Shown: piece after piece, positions 35,375-45,577 of the stretch
Numbering within the stretch: position 1 is the stretch's first letter
How the letters are laid out: each line of letters starts with the position of its first letter
DNA from: an uncultured Gemmatimonadales bacterium
Lineage (GTDB): Bacteria > Gemmatimonadota > Gemmatimonadetes > Longimicrobiales > Longimicrobiaceae
Reading direction: 5' to 3'
Length of the DNA: 64,000 bases
NCBI GenBank assembly: GCA_963716255.1
Contig: OY970303.1
Location: 2,880,001 to 2,944,000 of the forward strand
Made by a program: the position numbers and the translations under genes
Notes under the pieces: model-generated
What the model was told of the DNA's origin: nothing
What the model saw: the letters and a program-made list of their open reading frames with translations, nothing else
Databases searched by the model: none

Positions 35375-36406
35375 ATGCGGCACGCTGTCATCACCGGCAC
35401 CGGCTCCTTCGTCCCCGAGCGCGTCCTCAGCAACGCGGACCTTTCGCGCATGCTGGGGGAGGACGTGGACGACTTCGTCCGGGGCACGCTGGGGATCCGG
35501 GAGCGGCACGTGTGCGGGCCGGACGAGTCCACCGCCGACCTGGCGGAGGAAGCGGCGCGGCGCGCTCTCGCCGACGCCGGGATCGGGCCGGAGGACGTGG
35601 ACCTGCTCATCGTTTCCACGGACACGCCGGAGTACGTGTCGCCGGCCACCTCGTCGGTGCTGCACGGGCGGCTGGGGATGCCGGGGCGGGTGGGCACCTT
35701 CGACGTCAACAGCGCCTGCGCCGGCTTCGCCACGGCGCTGGACGTGGGGTGGAAGTACCTGCGCGCGGACGAGCGCTACCACCGGGTGCTGGTGGTGGCC
35801 GTCTACGCCATGAGCAAGTTCCTGGACTACGCGGACAAGAAGACGGCCACCATCTTCGCGGACGGCGCCGGCGCCGTGGTGCTGGAAGCGTCCGCCGAGC
35901 CGGGGATCCTGGCCTCGGAGCTGTTCGCGGACGGGGCGCTCTCGGACGGGATGGGGGTGTTCGCGGGGGGGACGGCGGAGCCGGTCACCGAGGAGGTCCT
36001 GCGCGACGGAACGCGCAACCGGCTGCGCTTCGTCCGCAAGTACCCCAGGCAGGTGAACGAGGAGGGGTGGCCGCGCATCGTCCGCTCGGTGCTGGAGCGC
36101 GCGGGCGCGGGAGTGGAGGAGGTGGACCTGTGGCTGTGGACGCAGGTCAACCGCTCCACCATCGAGGTGGTGATGAACCGACTGGGCGAGCCCATGGACA
36201 AGGCGCACACGGTGATGGACAAGTGGGGATACACGGGCTCGGCCTGCCTCCCCATGGCGCTGGACGACGCGGCGCGCGCGGGGCGCCTGCACCCGGGCGA
36301 CCTGGTGGTGCTCACCGGCTCGGGGGCGGGGCTGTCCATGGGGTGCGTGGCGCTGCGCTGGACCCGCGGCGGCGGCGGCAACGGCGCGGGGAGCGGCCAT
36401 GAGTGA
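35375..36406 (+). CDS. FabH/KAS III-like thiolase-fold enzyme with atypical catalytic residues (Cys/Thr/Tyr)
   Basis: GIRER, FDVNSACAGF, FADGAGA; WTQVN in place of PHQAN; GYTGSA in place of GNTSAA. Confidence 0.85.
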   Translation: MRHAVITGTGSFVPERVLSNADLSRMLGEDVDDFVRGTLGIRERHVCGPDESTADLAEEAARRALADAGIGPEDVDLLIVSTDTPEYVSPATSSVLHGRLGMPGRVGTFDVNSACAGFATALDVGWKYLRADERYHRVLVVAVYAMSKFLDYADKKTATIFADGAGAVVLEASAEPGILASELFADGALSDGMGVFAGGTAEPVTEEVLRDGTRNRLRFVRKYPRQVNEEGWPRIVRSVLERAGAGVEEVDLWLWTQVNRSTIEVVMNRLGEPMDKAHTVMDKWGYTGSACLPMALDDAARAGRLHPGDLVVLTGSGAGLSMGCVALRWTRGGGGNGAGSGHE

Positions 36407-38198
36407 GACCGCGCTTTCCGTGTTCCTGGAGCGCGTGGAGCGCTACGGCGACCGCGTCGCCTTCCGCGTGCTGGCGGCCGGCGGGGCGGCGCGCGACGAG
36501 GCGATCACCTGGCGCCGCTGGGGCGAGGACGCCCGGCGCTTCGCGGCGGCGCTGGTGGCCTCGGGGCACCGGCCGGGCGAGGCGGTGGCGACCTTCGCGG
36601 GGAACCGGCCGCTCTGGCCTGTGGCGGACCTGGGGACCCTCATGGCGGGCGGGGTGAGCGTGGGGCTGTATCCCACCAGCAGCCCGGAGCAGCTGGGCCG
36701 CCTCCTGGCCGATTCGGGCGCGGTGGTGGCGGTCGTCGACACGGCGGAGCGGCTGTCCGCCGTGACGCAGGTGCGCACCGGGGCGCCGCGGCTGCACACG
36801 GTGGTGTGCGAGCGGCTGCGCCCCTCGCGCACCTGGACGCTGGGGTGGGAGGCCTGGCTGGCGCGCGGGGCGCGCGCCCTCGCCGGGGGGGACGTGGCCG
36901 CCGAGCTGGAGCGGCGCGCCGCCCGCACGGCCCCGGACGACGTGGCGCTGCTCATCTACACCTCCGGCTCCACCGGCGAGGCCCGGGGGGCGCGCATCAC
37001 CCACCGCTACCTGCTGGACTCGGCGCTCTCCATCCGCGGGGCGCTGGGGCTGGAGGAGGACGACACGGGCCTTTCCTTTCTCCCCTTCTGCCACGGCGCG
37101 GAGCGCGTCTTCGGGCTGTACACGCGCATCGTCTGCGGGATGGAGGCGGGGCTGGTGGAGGACCACGCCCGCGTGTGGGAGGCGGCGCGCGCCTACGCGC
37201 CCACCGTGTTCGGCGGGCTGCCGCGCTTCTACGAGAAGGCGTACGAGGCGCTGCGCGCGGAGCAGGAGCGGGCCCCCGCGGAGGAGAGGCCGCGCTGGGA
37301 GCGCACGCTGGCGCTGGGGCGCGAGCGCTCGCGGCTGCGCCAGGCGGGGGAGCCGGTGCCGGCGGAGCTGGAGGCGGAGTGGCGGGAGGTGGGCGCGCCG
37401 CTCTTCGAGCGGGTGACGGCGCTCTTCGGGGGGCGGGTGCGGCGCGCCACCTCCGGCGGGGCCACACTGCCGCGGGCGGTGGCGGAGTACCTGGACGCGC
37501 TGGGGCTGACCGTGCTGGGCGCCTACGGGATGACGGAGCACCTGTGCGTGGCCTTCAACCGGCCGGACCGCTACACCCTGGACTCCTCCGGCCCCGCCAT
37601 GCCGGGGACGGAGCTGCGCATCGCGGCGGACGGCGAGGTGCTGGTGCGGCGCGGGCCGCTCACCTTCGACGGCTACCACGGACGCCCGGAGGCCAGCCGC
37701 GACGCCTTTTCCGCGGACGGCGAGTGGCTGCTCAGCGGCGACCTGGGCGAGGTGGGGGCGGACGGCTGCCTGCGCATCACCGGGCGCAAGAAGGAGCTGA
37801 TCGCGCTTTCCAGCGGCAAGAAGGTGGCGCCGCTCCCCATCGAGGCGCTGCTGGTGCAGGACCCCTGGATCGGCCAGGCCATGCTGTACGGCGAGGGGCG
37901 GCACTTCGTCACCGCGCTGCTGGCGCTGCGCCGCCCGGTGGTGGAGGCGTGGGCCGCGGAGCGGGGGATGGGGGACGGCTTCCACGCCCTGCTCGCCCAC
38001 CCCGAGGTCACGGCCCGCGTGCAGGCCGCGGTGGACCGGGTGAACGCGGGCCTTTCCCGCCCCGAGCAGGTGCGCCGCTGGATCCTCCTGGAGCGCGAGC
38101 TCAGCGCCGAGGAGAACGAGCTCACCCCCACGCTCAAGCTCCGCCGCCCCGTCGTCGCGGACCGCTACCGCGACCGGATGGAAGCCCTCTACTCGTGA
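36399..38198 (+). CDS. Long-chain acyl-CoA ligase (FadD15/ACSL-like)
   Basis: YTSGSTG, SFLPFCH.AER, AYGMTE, GRKKELI..SSGKKVAP, ELTPTLKLRR. Confidence 0.9.
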   Translation: MSETALSVFLERVERYGDRVAFRVLAAGGAARDEAITWRRWGEDARRFAAALVASGHRPGEAVATFAGNRPLWPVADLGTLMAGGVSVGLYPTSSPEQLGRLLADSGAVVAVVDTAERLSAVTQVRTGAPRLHTVVCERLRPSRTWTLGWEAWLARGARALAGGDVAAELERRAARTAPDDVALLIYTSGSTGEARGARITHRYLLDSALSIRGALGLEEDDTGLSFLPFCHGAERVFGLYTRIVCGMEAGLVEDHARVWEAARAYAPTVFGGLPRFYEKAYEALRAEQERAPAEERPRWERTLALGRERSRLRQAGEPVPAELEAEWREVGAPLFERVTALFGGRVRRATSGGATLPRAVAEYLDALGLTVLGAYGMTEHLCVAFNRPDRYTLDSSGPAMPGTELRIAADGEVLVRRGPLTFDGYHGRPEASRDAFSADGEWLLSGDLGEVGADGCLRITGRKKELIALSSGKKVAPLPIEALLVQDPWIGQAMLYGEGRHFVTALLALRRPVVEAWAAERGMGDGFHALLAHPEVTARVQAAVDRVNAGLSRPEQVRRWILLERELSAEENELTPTLKLRRPVVADRYRDRMEALYS

Positions 38199-38203
38199 CC
38201 CCG

Positions 38204-38722
38204 ATGACGAAGCGCACCTCGCTCGCCGCCCTGCTCCTGGCCACGCTGCTGATCGCCGCGGCGTACGCGTCCGCCTTCCTCCCCGGCGGGACGCCGCCCT
38301 GGGGTCCCTGGCTCATGGCCGCCGGCGTCCCCCTGGTCCTGGTGTCCGTCATGGTCCTGGGGGCGGTGCGGAGCGGGGAGGGGATGGGGCGGCTGGCGTG
38401 GCCGTTCGCGTTCGTGGGGGGAATCCTGGGCGCGGGGTTCCTGCTCGCGCTCGGCCTGCCCGCCGACGAGGCCGCCGGCGTGGCGCTCTACCTGGGCCTC
38501 CCGCTCCGCGCCTCCATCATCCTGTACGGGATCGGGCTCCTCCCCATCGTGATCCTGCCGGTGGCGTACGCGCTCACCTTCGACGCGATGACGCTGAACG
38601 CCGGGGACGTGGAAAGGGTGCGGCTCGCCGGGGAGGAGTGGGCCCGCGGCCGCGCCGCCCCGCCGGAGTCCGCCGCGGCCACGGGCGAGGGCTCCACCCC
38701 CGGCGCGGGAGCGCTCCGTTGA
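38204..38722 (+). CDS. Small 4-TM membrane protein, possibly accessory to the SSS transporter
   Basis: Four hydrophobic segments; tightly packed between the ligase and the symporter. Confidence 0.65.
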   Translation: MTKRTSLAALLLATLLIAAAYASAFLPGGTPPWGPWLMAAGVPLVLVSVMVLGAVRSGEGMGRLAWPFAFVGGILGAGFLLALGLPADEAAGVALYLGLPLRASIILYGIGLLPIVILPVAYALTFDAMTLNAGDVERVRLAGEEWARGRAAPPESAAATGEGSTPGAGALR

Positions 38723-38733
38723 GCCCCGACGTC

Positions 38734-40206
38734 ATGACCGGGCAGCCGGCGATCGTCGCCGTGGCCGTCGCCTACTTCGCGGTGGTGGTCGCCATCAGCG
38801 TGTGGGCGACCCGGCGCACCCGCACGGCCAGCGACTTCTTCGTCGCCGGACACGGGATCGGCCTGGTGGCCCTCACCGTGGCCTCGGTCTCCACCTCGGT
38901 CTCCGGGTTCGCCTTCATCGGCGGCCCGGGGCTGATCTACAGCATCGGTCTGGGGGCCATGTTCATCGTGCTGCCCGCCTCGGTGACCAACGTGATGGGG
39001 GCCTGGGTGCTCGCGAAGCGGATGCGGCTCCTGGCGGAGGCGCGCGGGCTCATCACCGTCCCGGACGCGATCGGCGCGCGCTACCGCTCCCCCGCCGCGC
39101 AGGGTCTCTCGGGGATCGCCATGCTCGTCGCCATCGTGGGCTACATGGCCACCAACGCGCTGGCCATGGGCGTGGTGATCCACTCCATCTTCGGGATCGG
39201 GCTGGCGTGGGGGATCTGGCTGGGGATGGGGATCACCCTGGCGTACTCGGTGGCGGGCGGGATCCTGGCCGGGATCTACGTGGACGTGTTCCAGGGGACG
39301 CTGATGGCGCTCGCCTCCGTGCTGGTCTTCCTGTTCGTGCTGCGCGTGGGCGGCGGGATGGGGCGGATCTCGGAGACCATCCTGGCGGCGGACCCCGGCT
39401 TCATGGGGCCGTGGGGAAAGATCACGCCGCTCGCGGCGCTCTCGTTCTTCTTCGTCTTCGGGCTGGGGTCGCTGGGCCAGCCGCAGGGGGTCCACAAGTA
39501 CTACATGCTCCGCGACCCGCTCCAGCTGCGCTGGTACCCGCTCCTCAAGACGCTGGGGCTGATCCTGGTCCTGCTGCTCTACTTCGGGGTGGGCGTGGGG
39601 GTGAAGTCGCTGGTGGCGCGCGGCGCCCTCCCCCCGCTCGCCGCCCCCGACGAGGCGACGCCCACCTTCCTGCTGCGCTTCACCCCAGTGCTCCTGGCGG
39701 CCCTGGTCTTTTCCGGCGTGGCGGCGGCCACCATGAGCGCGGTGAACTCGTTCATCAACATCGGGGCGGCGGTGGTCACGCACGACCTTCCCGCCGCCTT
39801 CGGGCGGACGGTGAAGAACGAGCTGTTCTGGGGCCGGGTCTCCACGGTGGTGATCGCCCTGGCCGCCTCGCTCCTGGCCCAGTTCTCCGGCTCCATGGTG
39901 GCGTTCCTGGGAATCTTCGGCTGGGGACTGTTCGCCAGCACGCTGGTCCCGGCGCTGGCCATCGGCCTCAACTGGGAGGGCGCCACGCGCGAGGGCGCCA
40001 TCGCCTCCATCGCCGTCGGCCTGGTGGTGACGCTGGCGTTCGAGACGCTGGCCTTCTTCAAGGTCTACAGCTTTCCCACGGGCGTGACCGTGTCCGGCGC
40101 GGCGCTGGTGCTCTCCATCCTGGTGTTCTTCGGCGTGTCCTGGCTGACCCGCGGCGGCGCCGGCGCGGCCATCGACCCGGACGTGAAGCTGGTGATGGAA
40201 GTATGA
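38734..40206 (+). CDS. Sodium:solute symporter (SSS; PutP/PanF-like)
   Basis: DFFVAG, SGFAFIGGPG, LGQPQ, AAATMS; about 13 TM segments; alternative TTG start at 38719. Confidence 0.9.
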   Translation: MTGQPAIVAVAVAYFAVVVAISVWATRRTRTASDFFVAGHGIGLVALTVASVSTSVSGFAFIGGPGLIYSIGLGAMFIVLPASVTNVMGAWVLAKRMRLLAEARGLITVPDAIGARYRSPAAQGLSGIAMLVAIVGYMATNALAMGVVIHSIFGIGLAWGIWLGMGITLAYSVAGGILAGIYVDVFQGTLMALASVLVFLFVLRVGGGMGRISETILAADPGFMGPWGKITPLAALSFFFVFGLGSLGQPQGVHKYYMLRDPLQLRWYPLLKTLGLILVLLLYFGVGVGVKSLVARGALPPLAAPDEATPTFLLRFTPVLLAALVFSGVAAATMSAVNSFINIGAAVVTHDLPAAFGRTVKNELFWGRVSTVVIALAASLLAQFSGSMVAFLGIFGWGLFASTLVPALAIGLNWEGATREGAIASIAVGLVVTLAFETLAFFKVYSFPTGVTVSGAALVLSILVFFGVSWLTRGGAGAAIDPDVKLVMEV

Positions 40207-40321
40207 GGATGAGCCACGCCCGCCGCCTGCACCCCCGCGGGGAGCGTTCGCCCCCGCAGCCCGGAGTCCGTCCGACCCGTCCGCGCGCCCGCCACCCCGG
40301 ACGCGCTCCTGTCCTCACACC

Positions 40322-42820
40322 GTGGAGGGTTCGTCCCATGAACCGACGCAGCACCCCGCGCCCCCGCTGGCGCTCCCCCTTCTGCTCGCGCTTCTGCTAG
40401 GCCTCCTGCCCGCCCTCGCGGCCGCCCAGGGCACCGTGCGGGGCACCGTGGCCGGCGACCAGGGCGCCGCCCTCGCCGGCGCGCAGGTGACGGTGGCCGG
40501 CACCCGCCTGGCCACCTCCACCAACGCCCAGGGGGCGTTCTCGCTGGTGGGCGTCCCCGCGGGCTCGCAGCAGCTCCGCGTCTCGCGGGTGGGCTACCGC
40601 GCCTCCACGCAGACGGTGGAGGTGCGCGCGGGCGAGGAAACGCTGGTCGCCGTCGCGCTGACGCAGAACCCGGTGGAGCTGGACGCCATGGTGGTGTCCG
40701 CCTCGCGCCGCGCCGAGCGCATCACCGAGGCGCCGGCCACGGTCACCCGCATCGGGCCGGAGGTGCTGGAGAACGCCGTGGGCAACTCGTTCGTGGGCGC
40801 GCTCAAGCAGGCCAAGGGGCTGGACTTCATCCAGGTGGGCGCCACCGCGGTGGCGATCAACGCCCGCGGCTTCAACTCGTCGTTCAACAACCGCATGCTG
40901 ATGATGGAGGACGGCCGCATCGCCGTGCTCCCGGAGAACGGCCTGCCGGTGGGGCAGTTCACCGCCACCCCCAAGGTGGACCTGGAATCGCTGGAGGTGA
41001 TCGTGGGCCCCGGCGCGGCGCTCTACGGCGCGGACGCGAGCAACGGCGTGCTCACGCTGCAGACCAAGGACCCGCGCGAGTTCCCCGGCACCACCGTGGA
41101 GGTGACGGGCGGCAACCGCAGCTACAAGGACGTGCAGCTGCGCCACGCCGGCGTGTTCGGCAACTGGGGCTACAAGGCGGCCGGCGAGTTCCAGGACGCG
41201 GACGACTGGTCCAACGAGCTCCGCTACGGCACCGGCGGCGTGATCCCCGAGGTGGGGGTGGGCGGCGAGATCGACTGGACGGCGCGGGTGTCGCGCGGGA
41301 GCGGCGCGGTGGTGCGCTACTTCGACGACGCCCGGCTGGAGCTGAGCGGCGGCATCAGCCAGACGGACGGCGTGGGGCAGACCAACGTGGGCCGCAACCA
41401 GCTGGACGGGTGGATCTACAACTTCGCGCAGGCCCGCTTCCAGAGCCCCCGCTGGTACGCCACCGCCTACCGCACGCAGAGCAAGGCGGGCGACTCGTAC
41501 GCCATCAACCGCTTCTCCGAGAACCGGGCCGCGGCGGCCAACGCCGGCAAGTCGGACGAGGAGATCCGGCTGATGTCGGACTGGCCCAGCGACGGCCAGC
41601 TGTACGCGGCGGAGATCCAGAACAACTTCAGCGTCCCCGCGCTGCTGGGCTCCCGCTTCGTGTGGGGCGTGCAGGGGAGGCGCGACATCGTGAGCAGCGA
41701 CCGCCAGTGGCTCACCGACCGGCTCACGGGCGAGGACATCAACATCGACCAGTGGGGCGTGTACGGGCAGAGCGAGACGCAGCTCCTGCCGCGGCTGCAG
41801 CTGCTGCTGGCCGGGCGCTACGACAACCACGAGAACTACGAGGCGCAGTTCAGCCCCAAGGCGGGGCTGGTGCTCACCCCGGTGGACGGCCACACGCTGC
41901 GCGCCACGTACAACCGCGCCTTCAAGTCGCCCACCACGCTGCAGACCAACTTCTTCATCCCGGACTGGACCGCGGCCATCTCCATCTACGGCAACACGGA
42001 GGGCTTCACGGTCAAGAACGCCGCGGGGACCACGGTGGCCACGTACGACCCGCTGGTGCCGGAGCGCAACGAGACCTGGGAGGTGGGCTACAAGGGGCTC
42101 GTGGGCGGGCGCCTGTTCGTGGACGTGGCGGGCTACCGCTCCAGCTACGAAGACTTCCTCAGCCCGCTGGCGGTGATCGGCAACCCGTTCGCGACCGGCG
42201 GCGCGGCCACCTTCGCGTACGACGGCGACGGGACGCTGATCAAGAACCCGGCCGGCCTCACCCCCATCGTGCTCACCTACTACAACCTGGGGCAGGCGAA
42301 GCTGGACGGGGTGGACGCGGGGGTCAACTACGTGCTGAACCCAAAGCTCAGCTTCGCGGGGACCTTTTCCTGGCTGGACCTCAGGGACGTGGAGGTGCCG
42401 GCGGGCCGCGAGGAGGCCACGTCGCTGAATGCCCCCGCCACCAAGTGGTCGCTGGGAACGAACCTCAACGACCTGGGCGGCTTCCGCGGCGGGGCCTGGC
42501 TGGGCGGCGCGACGCTGCGCCACGTGAACAGCTACTACTTCCGCTCGGGCATCAACATGGGGGTGATCCCCACCTTCACCACGCTGGACCTGAACGTGGG
42601 CTACAAGCTCCCGGCGCTCAACACCACCCTGAGCGTGGGGCTGAGCAACCTGTTCACCTGCAGCCAGGACGACGAGGCGGCCTTCACCTACTCGGACGCC
42701 CTGCGCACCACGCCGACCAACAAGTCGCGCCAGTGCGGCTTCGGGATGAAGCACCAGGAGATGATCAACATGCCGAGCATCGGCACCATGGTGTTCATCG
42801 GGGCTCGGTACCACATCTAG
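40322..42820 (+). CDS. TonB-dependent receptor with N-terminal carboxypeptidase-regulatory-like domain (start uncertain, possible 1-nt frameshift near the 5' end)
   Basis: VVSASRR, EAPATVT, INARGFNS, EVIVGPGAALYG plug motifs; C-terminal FIGARYHI. Confidence 0.88.
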   Translation: MEGSSHEPTQHPAPPLALPLLLALLLGLLPALAAAQGTVRGTVAGDQGAALAGAQVTVAGTRLATSTNAQGAFSLVGVPAGSQQLRVSRVGYRASTQTVEVRAGEETLVAVALTQNPVELDAMVVSASRRAERITEAPATVTRIGPEVLENAVGNSFVGALKQAKGLDFIQVGATAVAINARGFNSSFNNRMLMMEDGRIAVLPENGLPVGQFTATPKVDLESLEVIVGPGAALYGADASNGVLTLQTKDPREFPGTTVEVTGGNRSYKDVQLRHAGVFGNWGYKAAGEFQDADDWSNELRYGTGGVIPEVGVGGEIDWTARVSRGSGAVVRYFDDARLELSGGISQTDGVGQTNVGRNQLDGWIYNFAQARFQSPRWYATAYRTQSKAGDSYAINRFSENRAAAANAGKSDEEIRLMSDWPSDGQLYAAEIQNNFSVPALLGSRFVWGVQGRRDIVSSDRQWLTDRLTGEDINIDQWGVYGQSETQLLPRLQLLLAGRYDNHENYEAQFSPKAGLVLTPVDGHTLRATYNRAFKSPTTLQTNFFIPDWTAAISIYGNTEGFTVKNAAGTTVATYDPLVPERNETWEVGYKGLVGGRLFVDVAGYRSSYEDFLSPLAVIGNPFATGGAATFAYDGDGTLIKNPAGLTPIVLTYYNLGQAKLDGVDAGVNYVLNPKLSFAGTFSWLDLRDVEVPAGREEATSLNAPATKWSLGTNLNDLGGFRGGAWLGGATLRHVNSYYFRSGINMGVIPTFTTLDLNVGYKLPALNTTLSVGLSNLFTCSQDDEAAFTYSDALRTTPTNKSRQCGFGMKHQEMINMPSIGTMVFIGARYHI

Positions 42821-42834
42821 CCAGACGGTGGTTC

Positions 42835-42963
42835 GGGCGTGCCCCCGGCTGCGCCGGGGTCGGGCTTCGGCTCCGTAGGACACGAAACTACCGTGTCCAA
42901 CGGAGTCGAGCCCCGACGGTGCTGCTGTCGGGTCTCGCCCCTTCGGGCCGAAATCCCTCACGC
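42835..42963 (+). repeat. Family-1 structured repeat, copy 7
   Basis: Consensus match; lies inside the putative operon. Confidence 0.9.
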
Positions 42964-43031
42964 GGGCGCCGGAGCATGCCCCGGCTGTTGCAGGCTCTCC
43001 CCTGTACCCTGTACCCTGTTCCCTCGCCGTC

Positions 43032-44054
43032 ATGAACCGTCTCGCCGCCGCCCTGATGTCGATTCCCATCGCCGCCTGCGCCGCGGGGACCCCGCCCGCA
43101 CCCCCGTCCGATCCCGGCCCCGCGCCCGCCGCCCGCGACGCGTCGTTCGCCTGGCACTCGCTCGCCGGGCCCGGCGGCGGGCGGCGCTACCGGCTCTTCG
43201 TCCCGGCTTCGTACGACGGAGCGCGCCCGGCGCCGCTGCTGGTGATGCTGCACGGCTGCACCCAGGACCCCGACGACTTCGCGCGGGGGACGCGGATGAA
43301 CGAGGTGGCGGAGGAGCACGGCCTGCTGGTGGCGTACCCGGAGCAGACCCCGGCCGGTAACCCCCAGAAGTGCTGGAGCTGGTTCGACCCGGCGCACCAG
43401 GAGCGCGGGCGCGGCGAGCCGGAGGACGTCGCCCGCGTCGCGCGCGAGGTCATGGCGGCGCACCGGGTGGACGCGGCGCGCGTGTACGTGGCCGGCGTTT
43501 CCGCGGGCGGGGCGATGGCGCTGGGCGTGGCCGCCGCGTACCCGGAGCTGTTCGCCGCGGCGGGGTCGCACTCCGGCATCGCGTACCGCGCCGCCGGCGG
43601 GGTGCAGCAGGCGCTGGGCGCCATGCAGCGCGGCGCGGCGGACACCGCCGGGCTGGGCGCCGCCGTGGCGGCGGCCATGGGCGAACGGGCGCGGCCGCTG
43701 CCGGTGATCGTGTTCCACGGCGGCGCGGACCCCGTGGTGCGCGCCGTCAACGGCGGGCAGACCGCCGCGCAGTGGGCGGCGGCCAGCGGGCTCGCGGGCC
43801 GCCCGCTGCGGCCGGTGATGGACGAGGTGCACGGCCCGCCCCCGCCGGTTCCCGCGCCCGAGGGCTTCCTCCCCTCGCGCACCCGCTTCCTGGACGGGGC
43901 GGGCCGCGCCGTGCTGGAGCTGTGGGTGGTGCCCGGGCTGGCGCACGCCTGGTCCGGTGGCTCGCCGGAGGGCACCTTCACCGACGCGCGCGGCCCCGAC
44001 GCCAGCCGGGAGATGGTGCGCTTCTTCCTGGAGCACCCGCGGGAGGCGAGTTGA
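43032..44054 (+). CDS. PHB-depolymerase/LpqC-family esterase, lipoprotein
   Basis: Lipobox IAAC; LVMLHGCTQ, VAYPEQ, CWSWF, GVSAGG nucleophile, FHGGAD, HAWSGG. Confidence 0.88.
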   Translation: MNRLAAALMSIPIAACAAGTPPAPPSDPGPAPAARDASFAWHSLAGPGGGRRYRLFVPASYDGARPAPLLVMLHGCTQDPDDFARGTRMNEVAEEHGLLVAYPEQTPAGNPQKCWSWFDPAHQERGRGEPEDVARVAREVMAAHRVDAARVYVAGVSAGGAMALGVAAAYPELFAAAGSHSGIAYRAAGGVQQALGAMQRGAADTAGLGAAVAAAMGERARPLPVIVFHGGADPVVRAVNGGQTAAQWAAASGLAGRPLRPVMDEVHGPPPPVPAPEGFLPSRTRFLDGAGRAVLELWVVPGLAHAWSGGSPEGTFTDARGPDASREMVRFFLEHPREAS

Positions 44055-45577
44055 GCGCGCCGCACTTCCCCGCCTTCCCGGACCCCGTCCGCTTCTGGAG
44101 CCGGCTGCACCCCGCGCGGCCCGCCCTGGTGGACCGCGCCGCGGGGCTGCGCCTCACCTACGCCGAGCTGGACGCGCGCGTCGTGCGCCGCGCCGCCGCG
44201 CTCCGCGCCCTGGGCGTGGGGCGCGGCGCCCTGGTGGGCGTGCTCGCCGGCAACCGCGCCGAGGTGGTGGAGCTGTTCTTCGCCTGCGGGCGCGTGGGCG
44301 CGGCGCTCCTCCCCCTCAACTGGCGCCTCGCCGCCGCCGAGCTGGCCGTGGTGCTGGGCGACGCGCGCCCCCAGCTGCTGCTGCGCGAGGAGCGCTTCCG
44401 CCGCCTGGGCGACGACGCCCTGGCGGCCGCCGGCGGCGTCCCCGCCGCCGGCTGGGCCGAGCTCGCCGCAGCGCCGGACCCGGGCACCGACCCGGCCGAC
44501 GACGTGCCGGACGCGGCCGTCTCGCCGGACGACCCGGCGCTGGTGCTGTACACCTCCGGGAGCACCGGACGCCCCAAGGGCGCCGTGCTCCCCCACCGGC
44601 AGGTCCTGTGGAACGCCGTGGCCACCGCCACCGCGTGGGAGCTGGGGCCGGCGGACGTGGCGCCGGTGTCCACGCCGTTCTTCCACACCGGGGGCTGGAA
44701 CGTGTTCGCCACGCCGCTCTGGCACCGCGGCGGCACGGTGGTGCTGCTGGACGGCTTCGACGCGGACGACTTCCTGGCCGCCGTGGAGGAGGAGGGGATC
44801 ACCGTCGCGCTCACGGTGCCCACGCAATTGCTGATGCTCATGGAGAGCCCGCGCTGGGGACGTCCGCTCCCGGCGCTGCGCTTCTTCATCTCCGGGGGCG
44901 CCCCCTGCCCCGCCGCGCTCGCCGCGCGGGTGCGCGCCGCCGGCTACCGCTTCCGCGAGGGGTACGGCCTCACCGAGTGCGGCCCCAACTGCTTCGTCCT
45001 GTCGGACGAGGAGGCGGCGCGCAAGCCGGGGAGCGTGGGGCGCCCGGTGCCCTTCCTGGAGATGCGGCTGGTGGCGGCGGACGGGCGGGAGGCGGAGCCC
45101 GGCGAGGCGGGCGAGCTGCTGCTGCGCGGCCCGCAGCTGTTCGCCGGGTACCTGCGCGACCCCGAGCGCACCGCCGAGGCATTCGCCGCGGACGGGTGGC
45201 TGCGCACCGGCGACCTGGCCCGCCGCGACGCCGACGGCGTGTACACCGTGTGCGGGCGGCGAAAGGAGATGTACATCTCCGGCGGGGAGAACGTCTTTCC
45301 CGGCGAGGTGGAGGCCGCGCTCGCGGACTGCCCCGGGGTGGCGGAGGCGGTGGTGGTGGGCGTCGCCGACGCCCGCTGGGGCGAGGTGGGCCGCGCCTTC
45401 GTGGTCAGGCGGGCGGGGGCCGCGCCGGGCGAGGCGGAGGTGGTTGCCCACGCCCGCGCCCGCCTGGCCGGCTACAAGGTGCCCCGGTCGGTGGTGTTCC
45501 TGGACGAGATCCCGCGCCTGGGCTCCGGCAAGCCGGACCGCCGCGCCCTGGCGGAGTGGGCGGAGGTGACCGCGTGA
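44051..45577 (+). CDS. Acyl-CoA synthetase (MenE/FadD-like AMP-binding enzyme)
   Basis: LYTSGSTGRPKG, PFFHTGG, GYGLTE, TGDL, ISGGENVFP.EVE, GSGK; TTG start overlaps the upstream stop. Confidence 0.9.
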   Translation: MSAPHFPAFPDPVRFWSRLHPARPALVDRAAGLRLTYAELDARVVRRAAALRALGVGRGALVGVLAGNRAEVVELFFACGRVGAALLPLNWRLAAAELAVVLGDARPQLLLREERFRRLGDDALAAAGGVPAAGWAELAAAPDPGTDPADDVPDAAVSPDDPALVLYTSGSTGRPKGAVLPHRQVLWNAVATATAWELGPADVAPVSTPFFHTGGWNVFATPLWHRGGTVVLLDGFDADDFLAAVEEEGITVALTVPTQLLMLMESPRWGRPLPALRFFISGGAPCPAALAARVRAAGYRFREGYGLTECGPNCFVLSDEEAARKPGSVGRPVPFLEMRLVAADGREAEPGEAGELLLRGPQLFAGYLRDPERTAEAFAADGWLRTGDLARRDADGVYTVCGRRKEMYISGGENVFPGEVEAALADCPGVAEAVVVGVADARWGEVGRAFVVRRAGAAPGEAEVVAHARARLAGYKVPRSVVFLDEIPRLGSGKPDRRALAEWAEVTA

